From contig JAAYBZ010000138.1 of NCBI GenBank assembly GCA_012744445.1, positions 845 to 64,844 on the forward strand: a DNA stretch of 64,000 bases, in the 5' to 3' direction. Origin of the DNA: Myxococcales bacterium. GTDB taxonomy: Bacteria > Myxococcota_A > Polyangia > Polyangiales > Houyiibacteriaceae. Shown here piece by piece: positions 17,597 through 26,358 of this stretch. Both the position numbers and the translations under genes were made by a program. Positions within the stretch are counted from its first letter, which is position 1; the number at the start of each line of letters is the position of its first letter. The notes beneath the pieces are model-generated. The model was not told the DNA's origin and did no database searches. It saw only the letters and a list, made by a program, of their open reading frames with translations.

Positions 17597-18386
17597 GCGC
17601 TGCCACGACCCGTTCTCGCTCGAAGGCCGCGTCGCGCTCGTCACGGGCGCGGCGGGACACCTCGGGCGCGCGCTCTGCCAGGCGCTCGCCTCCGCGGGGG
17701 CGCGGGTCTTCCTCGCCGGTCGCACGGCCGCGCGCCTCGAGGCGTTCGCCGAGGAGCTGCGCGCCGCCGGGCATCGCGCCGACGCGCTCCCGCTCGACGT
17801 GACCTCCACGCGCTCCATCCTGGGCGCCGTCCGCACGATCGAGACCGAGGCCGGTCGCCTCGACGTCCTCGTGAACAACGCGCACGTGCCGCGGAGCGGC
17901 GCCTTCCTCGCCGCCCGGCGCGAAGACTTCGTGGAGGCGACGGAGCTCTCGGTCGCGGCCGCGCACGATCTCGTCACCGCCGCGCTCCCGCTCCTCGAGC
18001 GCGCCGCCCTCGACGGCTCGCCGAGCGTCGTGAACGTTTCCTCGATGTACGGCGTGGTCAGCCCCGATCCGCGCAACTACGCGAGCGAGGCCGAGCAGAA
18101 CCCGCCCTTCTACGGCGCCGCCAAGGCCGCGCTCCTCCAGTACACGCGCCACGCCGCCGTGCACCTCGCCGCGCGGGGCATCCGCGTGAACGCGCTCTCC
18201 CCCGGCGCCTTCCCGGCGCCGGGCGCCGACCCTGCGCTCGTCGCGCGGCTCTCCGCCCGCATCCCGCTCGGACGCGTGGGCACGCCCGACGAGCTCGCGA
18301 CGGCCCTGCTCTTCCTCGCCTCGCCGCGCTCGACCTTCGTCACGGGAGTGAACCTCCCCGTCGACGGGGGCTACACGGCCCACTGA
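17574..18386 (+). CDS. SDR family oxidoreductase
   Basis: TGAAGHLG glycine motif and YGAAK catalytic motif. The start (17574 or 17586) overlaps the end of the preceding gene. Confidence 0.8.
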   Translation: MIRPMDPERCHDPFSLEGRVALVTGAAGHLGRALCQALASAGARVFLAGRTAARLEAFAEELRAAGHRADALPLDVTSTRSILGAVRTIETEAGRLDVLVNNAHVPRSGAFLAARREDFVEATELSVAAAHDLVTAALPLLERAALDGSPSVVNVSSMYGVVSPDPRNYASEAEQNPPFYGAAKAALLQYTRHAAVHLAARGIRVNALSPGAFPAPGADPALVARLSARIPLGRVGTPDELATALLFLASPRSTFVTGVNLPVDGGYTAH

Positions 18387-18406
18387 CCTCCACCCCCGAA
18401 AGCCCC

Positions 18407-19633
18407 ATGAGTCGCCGTCGCAAAGCGATCCTCGCCCTCTTCACGCTCCTCGCGATCCTCGCCGCCGCCGGGGGGGTCGTCGTCCATCGACGCGGCTTCG
18501 ATCGCATCGCCATGGGGCTCACGCTCTTCCGCGGCGTCGCGCAGGGCGAGAACTTCCGGCGCGCGTACGAGATCTTCCCCTCCACCACCATGCCCGCCTC
18601 GACGCGGCCGTATCGCTTCCCCGAGGGCGCGCCGATCGAGCTCCCGAAGCGCTTCACCTACAAGGGTGAGGATCGCGACGTGGAGACCTTCCTCGCCGAG
18701 ACGGACACCAGCGCGCTCCTCGTCCTCCGCGGGGGCGAGCTCCGCTACGAGCGATACTTCGCGCCGGGCGGGCCCGACGTGCACTGGATCTCGTGGTCCG
18801 TCGCCAAGAGCTTCATCTCGGCCCTCGTGGGCATCGCCGTGCACGAGGGGCACATCCGGAGCATCGAGGAGCCCATCTCGGACTACGTCCCGGCGCTCCG
18901 CGGCTCGGGCTACGAGGGCGTGCGCATCAAGGACGTGCTCCAGATGTCGTCGGGCGTGCGCTGGGACGAGACCTACCTCAACCCCGTGAGCGACGTGAAC
19001 CGCTTCGGCGCCGTGCTCTTCCTCGGCGGCTCGCTCGACGCCTTCACGGCCTCGCTCGTGCGCGAGCGCGAGCCCGGCACCTTCAACCACTACTCCTCGG
19101 CCGACACGCACGCGCTCGGCATGCTCCTCACCGAGGCCACCGGCCGCACCGTCACCGACTACATGCACGAGAAGCTCTGGGAGCCGCTCGGCATGGAGAG
19201 CCGCGGCCACTGGCTCGTCGACGACGAGGGCATGGAGATGGTCTTCGGCGGCCTCAACGCGATCGCGCGCGACTACGCCAAGCTCGGCGAGCTCTACCGC
19301 CTCCGCGGCGTCTTCCGCGGCGAATCGATCGTGCCCAGCGAGTGGGTCGACGCCTCGATCCGCCCCGACGCGCCGCACCTCACGCCCGAGGCCAAGAAGG
19401 ACGACGTCTTCCCCGTCGGCTACGGCTATCAGTGGTGGATCCCCGAGGGCGACGAGGGCGAGTACTCCGCCATCGGCATCTACAACCAGTTCGTCTACGT
19501 GAACCCCACGCGCGACGTGGTGATCGTCAAGCTCTCGGCCTTCCGCAACTACGCGCTCGGCATCGACGAGAGCGCCTACCGCGAGCTCGAGACGATCGAA
19601 TTCTTCCGCGCGATCGCCCGCTCACTCGGCTGA
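18407..19633 (+). CDS. serine hydrolase, beta-lactamase/PBP4*-like
   Basis: N-terminal membrane anchor, SxxK motif (WSVAKSF) and a YSSADTHALG block. Confidence 0.75.
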   Translation: MSRRRKAILALFTLLAILAAAGGVVVHRRGFDRIAMGLTLFRGVAQGENFRRAYEIFPSTTMPASTRPYRFPEGAPIELPKRFTYKGEDRDVETFLAETDTSALLVLRGGELRYERYFAPGGPDVHWISWSVAKSFISALVGIAVHEGHIRSIEEPISDYVPALRGSGYEGVRIKDVLQMSSGVRWDETYLNPVSDVNRFGAVLFLGGSLDAFTASLVREREPGTFNHYSSADTHALGMLLTEATGRTVTDYMHEKLWEPLGMESRGHWLVDDEGMEMVFGGLNAIARDYAKLGELYRLRGVFRGESIVPSEWVDASIRPDAPHLTPEAKKDDVFPVGYGYQWWIPEGDEGEYSAIGIYNQFVYVNPTRDVVIVKLSAFRNYALGIDESAYRELETIEFFRAIARSLG

Positions 19634-20308
19634 GCGCGGGGCCGCGCGCGCGAGCACGGCCGGCATCGCGCCGTAGTAGAGCGCGTTGGGTAAGAGGCGC
19701 ACGAGGAAGCCCACGTCCGACGCCTCGCCGGGGAGCCCGAGGATGAGCGCGTCGGCGAGGCTCCACGACGCGTACCAGGCGAGCGCGAGGCGATCGAGCG
19801 CGCGATGCCAGCGGATCGCCTCGGGCGAGCCGAGCCGCGCTTCGACGTAGGGCCGACGGAGCACGATCAACGCGACGAAGAGGAGCTCGTAGACGAGGAA
19901 GAGGACGCGCGGCTCGGCGCTCACGAGCGCGAAGCTCACGACGAGCTCGGACGCGATCGGCACGACGAGCATCCAGCCGAGCGCGCGGAGGAGCCCACGT
20001 GTCGTGATCTCCACGCGCCCGTCGCCGCGGAGCGACTCGGCCGCGAGGAGGTAGCGGAGATCGCCGAGGAGCACGAAGGCGAGCGTCACCCACGTGGGGG
20101 CCGAGCCGGGGAGCCGGCCGATGCCGATCACCTCGTCCGCGGAGAACCACGCGTCCACGCAGGCGAGCAAGAAGAGCGCCGCCGCCGCGCGCCGCACGCT
20201 CGCGTGCCGTCCGGAGAACGCCCGCCGCGCGATCACGTAGCCGAGCACGGCCGAGGCGAGGAGGAGGCCCGGGTGCTGGGCGTGGCTCGCATAGAAGGAC
20301 TCGAACAT
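19622..20308 (-). CDS. hypothetical polytopic membrane protein
   Basis: 228 aa from ATG 20308, whose start overlaps the stop of the upstream gene by 1 nt (TGATG). About six hydrophobic helices. The rest of the 504-aa track ORF is a shadow. Confidence 0.55.
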   Translation of the reverse strand: MFESFYASHAQHPGLLLASAVLGYVIARRAFSGRHASVRRAAAALFLLACVDAWFSADEVIGIGRLPGSAPTWVTLAFVLLGDLRYLLAAESLRGDGRVEITTRGLLRALGWMLVVPIASELVVSFALVSAEPRVLFLVYELLFVALIVLRRPYVEARLGSPEAIRWHRALDRLALAWYASWSLADALILGLPGEASDVGFLVRLLPNALYYGAMPAVLARAAPRSAE

Positions 20309-21123
20309 CACTCCTCGCCCGGCGGGAGCTTCCGCCCCGCCATCGCGCGGAGGTAGGCGACGAGCTCCCGTGCGCGCGTCTCCCGGTCGTCCACGTGCTT
20401 CGAGAGACCCGGCATCGCCGTGCGGAAGCGGACCGAGCGCGGCTCGAGGATGAAGCGCTCGATCCAGGCCTCGTCCATGTACTCGGTGATGCTCGCGGGG
20501 AAGTTCAGCTCGGGCCCGACGCGCCCTCCGTCGCCATTGATCGAATGGCAGCGCGCGCACTCGGTGCGGAAGGTGGCGAAGCCGCGCGCGACCTCGGGCG
20601 ACGCGGGCTCGGGCGGTCGCATGCGCGCGTAGCGCTCCGCCTCGCTCGCGATCTCGATCGAGACGATCTGGTAGGGCCACTCCCAGCCCACCTCGGCGCC
20701 GCCTTCGACGGGCTCCCAGACGAGGTAGGCCGGCGCGAGCGGGACGCGCTCCACCTCGTCTCCGTCGCGCTTCTCGACCGAGAAGTCCGCGTCCTCCCGC
20801 GCGAGGGCGAGGTGCGCGCGGTGGCGGAGGAGCCGCTCGACGGAGACGCCCGCGCGGTAGCCGTCGGCGCAGCCGAAGACCACCTCGTCGGCCTCGCGCC
20901 AGCCGGGCCCGAAGCGCTCGTCGAGGAGCTCGACGGCCGGCACGGTGAGGAAGCGCACCCGACGCCTCTCGTAGGGATCGTCCACCGACACGGGCACGAG
21001 GCGCGTGCGGAGCGTCTCCACCTGGATCGGCGGCGCGCCTTCGACGGCGATCTCGGCGCCGCCGCTCGGCGCGGCGCGCCCGCAGGCCACGAGGAAGAGG
21101 GCGAGGAGCGAGAGGGATCTCAT
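20308..21123 (-). CDS. lipoprotein: SUOX-fold (molybdopterin-oxidoreductase-like, PruR-like) domain fused to c-type cytochrome domain
   Basis: Lipobox LFLVAC. N-terminal domain VVFGCADGYRAGVSVERLL...LAPAYLVWE...WEWPYQIVSIEI. C-terminal CARCH heme motif with an axial Met candidate (TAMPG). Confidence 0.65.
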   Translation of the reverse strand: MRSLSLLALFLVACGRAAPSGGAEIAVEGAPPIQVETLRTRLVPVSVDDPYERRRVRFLTVPAVELLDERFGPGWREADEVVFGCADGYRAGVSVERLLRHRAHLALAREDADFSVEKRDGDEVERVPLAPAYLVWEPVEGGAEVGWEWPYQIVSIEIASEAERYARMRPPEPASPEVARGFATFRTECARCHSINGDGGRVGPELNFPASITEYMDEAWIERFILEPRSVRFRTAMPGLSKHVDDRETRARELVAYLRAMAGRKLPPGEE

Positions 21124-21662
21124 GGCGAGAGCTCACCGAGGGCGATCTCGACGCGCGTCGTGGACTCGGGCTGCGAGGGCCCGCGCGCGCACATGCAGAG
21201 GTGCTGGGCCTCGGTGATCACCCGTGCGCCGCGCGCGCCGCCGTGCTCGATCAGCGCCTCGGCGATCTCGCGCGTGAGGTCTTCCTGGATGCAGAAGCGC
21301 CGGGAGAGCACGTCGACGAGGCGCGGCAATTTCCCGAGCCCGAGGATCCGATCGCCCGGCAGGTAGCTCACGCTCGCGCGCCCGAAGAACGGCAGGAAGT
21401 GGTGCGCGCAGAGCGAGTAGAAGCGCACGTCGTGGACCGTGACCACGCCGCGGCGCTCGCCCGCCTCGAGCACGCGCGTCGTCTTGAGCACGGAGGCGGG
21501 ATCGACGGCGTAGCCCGAGAGCAGCTCGCGGAAGGCGCGCTGGATCCGTGGCTCGCTCTCCGGATCGGCGAACCACGCGAGCGCGCGCGGATCGTCCGTG
21601 ACGTGGGCGCGGAGCCACGCCGCGATGCTCGGCGCGCGATCGCCTTCGTCGGATTGGGTCAT
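21120..21662 (-). CDS. folE: GTP cyclohydrolase I
   Basis: FYSLCAHHFLPFFG, ILGLGKLPRLVD, RRFCIQEDLT and EAQHLCMCARG (zinc ligands Cys/His/Cys). The stop overlaps the start of the next gene (ATGA). Confidence 0.9.
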   Translation of the reverse strand: MTQSDEGDRAPSIAAWLRAHVTDDPRALAWFADPESEPRIQRAFRELLSGYAVDPASVLKTTRVLEAGERRGVVTVHDVRFYSLCAHHFLPFFGRASVSYLPGDRILGLGKLPRLVDVLSRRFCIQEDLTREIAEALIEHGGARGARVITEAQHLCMCARGPSQPESTTRVEIALGELSP

Positions 21663-21748
21663 CTCTCTACCGTCCCCGGGCGCGCGACGTCCGCCTCACC
21701 CCGACGAGGTCCACTCTACCGCCGCAGGCGGCGAGGACCCAAACCGCG

Positions 21749-22930
21749 TCAGTCTTCCCAGGTGGCCGAGGGGAAGGCCGGGCCGGGCTTGGCGAAGAGG
21801 AAGCCCTGGAGGTGCGTGCACTGGAGCCGCACGAGCATGTCGCGCTCGGACTTGGTCTCGACGCCCTCGCCGACCACCTCGATGCCCATCGAGCGGCCGA
21901 GGTTCGCGAGCGCGAGCACCACGCGCTGCTTCACCGGATCGCGATCGATCCCGCGCACGAGCGACATGTCGAGCTTGACGAGGTCGGGGCGCACCGAGGC
22001 GAAGTAGCTCAGGCCGGCGTACCCCGCGCCAAGATCGTCGACCGCGATGCGGTAGCCGAGCTGGCGGAGGCGCGTGAGCCGGCTCTCGAGCTCGGCGATG
22101 CCCTCGAGCGTGGTGCGCTCGGTGATCTCGAGGACCACGCGGTGCGCCTGGCGCGAGAGCGGCGCCGTCGCGTCGAAGAAATCGGCGTCGGCGAGGTCCA
22201 CGGGGTGGACGTTCACGAAGAAGACGGGCCCGCGCGGCACGTGCTCGATCGCCTCCGCGATGCGCGCGCGTATCGTGCGGCCGAGGAGGTGGAGGTTGCC
22301 GAGCTTCTCGGCCGCGTCGAGCACCGCGCCCGGGTGAGGGAGCGAGGGCTCCTCGGTGCGCATCAACGCCTCGAAGCCGTAGGTCTGCCGGAGATCGGCG
22401 GAGATGATCGGCTGGAAGGCGATCCACAGCGTGTCGAGCGCGTTCTGGAAGACCCGCTCGAGCTCCTTGCGGCTCCCCATCGGATCGGTCGCGCGGATCA
22501 TCTGGCGCGCGTAGAGCGCGTCGCGGACGGTCCGGAGCAGCTCCTCGGAGGCGATGGGCTTGAGCAGGTAGCGGAAGGCGCCGTGCTCCACCGCGCCGCG
22601 CGCCGAGTCGATGCTCGGCTGACCGGTGAGGAAGACCACGGGCACGTCGAGCGAGCGCGCGCGCACCGCGCGGAGCAGGTCGAGGCCGTCGCGCCCCGGC
22701 ATCCGCAGGTCGGTGATGAGCATGTCGAAGCGCTCGGACTCGATCCGCGAGAGCGCCTCGTCGGCCGAGGTGGTGGCCACGATCTCGTGACCCGCGCGGG
22801 TGAGGATCCGCTCGAGCAGGCGCAGCACCGCGGGCTCGTCGTCGACGACGAGCAGACGGCCGAGGATCGACTCCTTGTTCGATCCGCCGTTCGACGGCGG
22901 CATCTCGGAAAGACTCTGCGCCGGCATCAT
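21749..22930 (-). CDS. response regulator with EAL c-di-GMP phosphodiesterase domain
   Basis: REC domain (LLVVDDEP...MLITDLRMPGRDG). EAL domain (YGFEALMR, DDLGAGYAGLSYF, KLDMSLVRGI, GEGVET...QGFLFAKP). Confidence 0.85.
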   Translation of the reverse strand: MMPAQSLSEMPPSNGGSNKESILGRLLVVDDEPAVLRLLERILTRAGHEIVATTSADEALSRIESERFDMLITDLRMPGRDGLDLLRAVRARSLDVPVVFLTGQPSIDSARGAVEHGAFRYLLKPIASEELLRTVRDALYARQMIRATDPMGSRKELERVFQNALDTLWIAFQPIISADLRQTYGFEALMRTEEPSLPHPGAVLDAAEKLGNLHLLGRTIRARIAEAIEHVPRGPVFFVNVHPVDLADADFFDATAPLSRQAHRVVLEITERTTLEGIAELESRLTRLRQLGYRIAVDDLGAGYAGLSYFASVRPDLVKLDMSLVRGIDRDPVKQRVVLALANLGRSMGIEVVGEGVETKSERDMLVRLQCTHLQGFLFAKPGPAFPSATWED

Positions 22931-22945
22931 GACCAGGGGTTTACA

Positions 22946-24229
22946 CTAACGAGTGAATTTTTCTACTGCTTTGTATTCCGCATGTCGAGTGCCCAGTTTC
23001 GACGTGACCCAGGCGAGGCTTTCGGCCTGCACGCGCGCGTCCTCGTACTCGGCGAAGGCCGGCGAGGCGCGGCGCAGGAGCTCACGCCCCGCGATGAAGG
23101 GCGCGCGCGCGAAGTGGTAGAGGTGGAAGGGCCCGGCCGAGGGCACCCCGAATTGGGCGCGCGTCCACGGCGGGACGAACCACGAGACGAACGCGAGCTC
23201 GCGGCCGTATTCGAGCCATTCCGCGAGGGAGCCCCCCTTGGGCTCGAAGGCCTCGACGTAGGACTGGACGAGGTGGCGCCCGTCGTCGCCCGAGCGGTTG
23301 CAGGACTTCACCTCGCTCGCCCACATCAGCGCCGCCGCCTCGCCCACGTTCGCCGGGTACCAGGGCGGCTGGACGCCCATGAGATGGCCGACGTAGCGCC
23401 AGAAGTGGAGGAGCGCCTCGATCTCGTCGCGCGTGGTGAGGTAGCCGAGGAGGCGCAGGCCGTAGCCCGGGATGAAGCTCCCACCCATGAGCGTGAGGAG
23501 CGCGTCGCCCTGGCTGATGGGCACGCCCCACGCGTCGAGATCCCATTGGGGATGCGAGAGGAGCCCGGCGCGGACGAAGACGTGCATGAGCCGTACGCGG
23601 AGCGCGGTGCGGACGCCGACGCCGCGCGGCCGGAGCCCGCCGGGCGCGGCCACGTCGATCCAGAACGAGGCCGTCTCGAGGAAGCGGTTCAGGGCGGTCT
23701 TGCCCGCGTAGGCGCCCGTGAAGACGAGGGGCTTGGCCACGGAGCTCTCGCGATAGCCGTGGAGCGTGATCGCGCCCGCGAAGCTGAAGAGGTCGCGCCC
23801 GAAGCGCCGGAAGACGCGGGCGCCTTCCTCGACGCGCGCCCAGTCGACCCACGAGGGCACGGTCTCGATCTCCTCGAAGAGGGCACGGAGCGAGGCGGGG
23901 GCGTCGGGGATGGCGTCCACCCCGTGCTCGAGCGCGCGATCGACCAGCGCGCGCCCCGCGTCCTGGCCGCGCGTGAGGTAGACCTCGGCGACGAAGCGCT
24001 CGGCCACCGGGTCGGCGCGGTAATACGACTCGCCCCAGATGCGCACGGTCTCGTCGTCGAGCGCGCCGGGTGGCCCGAAGATCGAGGCGACGACCTTGCT
24101 CGCGGCCCGGTAGAAGGGTTTGTCGCGGTTCTCGAAGAAACGGAACTCACCGGGCAGCTTGCCGGCGTAGGCGGCCGGATCGAATTGCACGCGGTGGGTG
24201 GTGGGCTTCTCGCTCGGTTCGGCGCTCAT
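22946..24229 (-). CDS. DUF2236 (MpaB/Lcp-family) oxygenase-like protein
   Basis: 427 aa by residue count from MSAEPSEK. Resembles the ER-bound oxygenase MpaB / rubber oxygenase family (RVRLMHVFVR, PISQGDALLTL). The start overlaps the kinase stop (ATGA). Confidence 0.6.
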   Translation of the reverse strand: MSAEPSEKPTTHRVQFDPAAYAGKLPGEFRFFENRDKPFYRAASKVVASIFGPPGALDDETVRIWGESYYRADPVAERFVAEVYLTRGQDAGRALVDRALEHGVDAIPDAPASLRALFEEIETVPSWVDWARVEEGARVFRRFGRDLFSFAGAITLHGYRESSVAKPLVFTGAYAGKTALNRFLETASFWIDVAAPGGLRPRGVGVRTALRVRLMHVFVRAGLLSHPQWDLDAWGVPISQGDALLTLMGGSFIPGYGLRLLGYLTTRDEIEALLHFWRYVGHLMGVQPPWYPANVGEAAALMWASEVKSCNRSGDDGRHLVQSYVEAFEPKGGSLAEWLEYGRELAFVSWFVPPWTRAQFGVPSAGPFHLYHFARAPFIAGRELLRRASPAFAEYEDARVQAESLAWVTSKLGTRHAEYKAVEKFTR

Positions 24230-26214
24230 TCGGTCCTCGTCGTGAAGAGCTCCTCGACGCGTGCGACGAGCTCTTCGGCGGTGAAGGGCTTCTTCAGGAA
24301 CGACCCTCGGAGGGTGGGATCGGCCTCGTCGAGGCCGTGCACCTGCGCGTAGCCGCTCAGGTAGAGCGCGGGCAGCGAGGGCCTCCGCTCGCGGAGCGCG
24401 CGCACGAGATCGACGCCGGTCATCCCCGGCATCATCACGTCGGTGACCACGGCCGCGACCTCGTCGACCGTGGCGTCGTAGAAGGCGAGCGCCTCCTCGC
24501 CGCCTGCCGCGAGGTGCACCCGATAGCCCGCGTCTTCGAGCACGGCCCCGAGGATCCGCCGCACCGAGGCCTCGTCGTCGACGACGAGCACGAGCTTCTG
24601 GTCCTCGTCGACGGCGCGAGGCGGCGCGTCCTGCGACGGCTCGGGCTCGGCGGAGGAGGAGACCTCTTGGGCGCGCGGGAAGTAGAGGCGGACCACCGTC
24701 CCCTCGCCGGGCTTCGAGTCGATGAGGAGCCCGCCGCCGTATTGGGAGACGATGCCGTAGACCATCGCGAGCCCGAGGCCCGTGCCGCCCTGCCCCTTCG
24801 TGGAGAAGAAGGGCTCGATGGCGCGGTGCTTCACCGCCTCGGGCATACCCGCGCCGTCGTCCTCCACCTCGAGCATCACGTAGTCGCCGGACGCCACGGT
24901 GGGCTGCACGTCGAAGATCGGCGTGTCCAAGCGCACGTCGCGGAGGCGCACGCGGATGTGCCCATCGCCCTCGATCGCGTCGCGCGCGTTGATGACGAGG
25001 TTCAAGAGCACCTGGTCGAGCTGCGAGGGCTCCGCGGTGATCTTGCCCGTGCACCCTTCGGTGGAGAGCTCGATGGAGATGGCGTCGCCGACGACGCGGC
25101 CGATCATCCCGAGCGATTCGCGCACCACGCGGACGGGATCGACGGCGCGCGTCTCGAGCACCGCCTGCCGCCCGAACGCTAGGAGTCGATGCGTGAGGTC
25201 GCTCGCCCGCTCGACCGCGCGCGAGATCTCGTCGAGCGAGGGATCGGAGATCCGCCGCTTCATGCTCGCGGCGTGTGCGCCGATCACCGTGAGCAGGTTG
25301 TTGAAGTCGTGCGCGATCCCTCCAGCGAGCCGGCCGAGCGCCTCCATCTTCTGGGCCTGGAGGAGCTGCGCCTCGTATCGCTTGCGCATCGTGACGTCGA
25401 GCGCCGTGCCGACGTAGCCCGTGGGCTTGCCGTGGTGATCGAAGATCGGCGTCGCCTCGCCGAAGACGTCGACGATCTCTCCGTCGGTGCGCACGATGCG
25501 GTATTCCCACGGCCCGATCGGCTCGCCGAGGCTCACGGCGGCGGCGATGCCCGTGATGCGATCGCGATCATCGGGGTGGACCATCGAGAAGTAGAGCTCG
25601 GGTGTCACCTTCACGTCGAAGGGCACGCCGCACATCCGGTAGATCTGCTCGGACCACTCGGCCTCGCCCGTCTCCGGGTACCACTCGAAGGTGCCCACCT
25701 TGGCGATCTGCTGCGCGCGGCGGAAGGCCTGCTCACGGCGCCATAGGTTGGCTTCGGCCTCGACGCGATCCGTCATGTCGAGGAGCGCGCCGACGAACCG
25801 CAGCGCGCGCCCCGACGCGCCCGAGGCGACCTGGCTGATCATGTGGATGTGGCGGATCGACCCATCGGGGCGGAGCACGCGGAAGTCCACCGGCTCGGCC
25901 TCGATCGCGGCCACGGCGCGGCGCGAGACCTCGCGGACCCACGCCGCGTCATCTTCGTGGATGCGCGCGAAGAACGCCTCGGACGAGGGTTTCACGCTGC
26001 GGTCGTATCCGAGGATGACGTAGAGCTGCTCCGACCAATGAATGACGTCGTTCTCGAGATCCCACGCGAAGGTCCCGACGTTGGTCACCTTCTCGGCCAT
26101 CGCGAGGAGCTGCTCGCGCACGTCGAGAGCGAAGGCGTTCGCGAGCGCCGGCCGCTCCGGTCCCTCGAGCGCCCCCCCCATCGTCCGAGACGACTGGTCC
26201 TCGGGTTCCTCCAT
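24226..26214 (-). CDS. soluble hybrid sensor histidine kinase (2 PAS, HisKA, HATPase, REC)
   Basis: PAS repeats ([34 protein letters not shown]), H-box [12 protein letters not shown]-boxes, and a C-terminal REC ([10 protein letters not shown]...[12 protein letters not shown]). Confidence 0.85.
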   Translation of the reverse strand: MEEPEDQSSRTMGGALEGPERPALANAFALDVREQLLAMAEKVTNVGTFAWDLENDVIHWSEQLYVILGYDRSVKPSSEAFFARIHEDDAAWVREVSRRAVAAIEAEPVDFRVLRPDGSIRHIHMISQVASGASGRALRFVGALLDMTDRVEAEANLWRREQAFRRAQQIAKVGTFEWYPETGEAEWSEQIYRMCGVPFDVKVTPELYFSMVHPDDRDRITGIAAAVSLGEPIGPWEYRIVRTDGEIVDVFGEATPIFDHHGKPTGYVGTALDVTMRKRYEAQLLQAQKMEALGRLAGGIAHDFNNLLTVIGAHAASMKRRISDPSLDEISRAVERASDLTHRLLAFGRQAVLETRAVDPVRVVRESLGMIGRVVGDAISIELSTEGCTGKITAEPSQLDQVLLNLVINARDAIEGDGHIRVRLRDVRLDTPIFDVQPTVASGDYVMLEVEDDGAGMPEAVKHRAIEPFFSTKGQGGTGLGLAMVYGIVSQYGGGLLIDSKPGEGTVVRLYFPRAQEVSSSAEPEPSQDAPPRAVDEDQKLVLVVDDEASVRRILGAVLEDAGYRVHLAAGGEEALAFYDATVDEVAAVVTDVMMPGMTGVDLVRALRERRPSLPALYLSGYAQVHGLDEADPTLRGSFLKKPFTAEELVARVEELFTTRTE

Positions 26215-26358
26215 GATCGGCCCGAGTGTACGGGATCGGAGGCCCGTCGATCGTCCTTTTTCGCGGTCGGGTTCTCCCTCGGAACGGTGCGCTCCAGGCG
26301 CAAGAATCGGCGCTGCGCGATCTTGAATCCCCTATTTCGGTGCTTACGGTGACGAGAG

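Noticed and set aside
21812-24352. 846-aa plus-strand ORF
   Set aside because: It is antisense to the REC-EAL and DUF2236 genes, which have clear domain signatures. It has no motif content of its own.
26322-26350. Possible sigma-32-type heat-shock promoter (CTTG-N17-CTTACGGT) upstream of clpB
   Set aside because: The -10-like element ends only 9 nt before the ATG, which leaves no room for a leader or SD. The match to the consensus is also weak.
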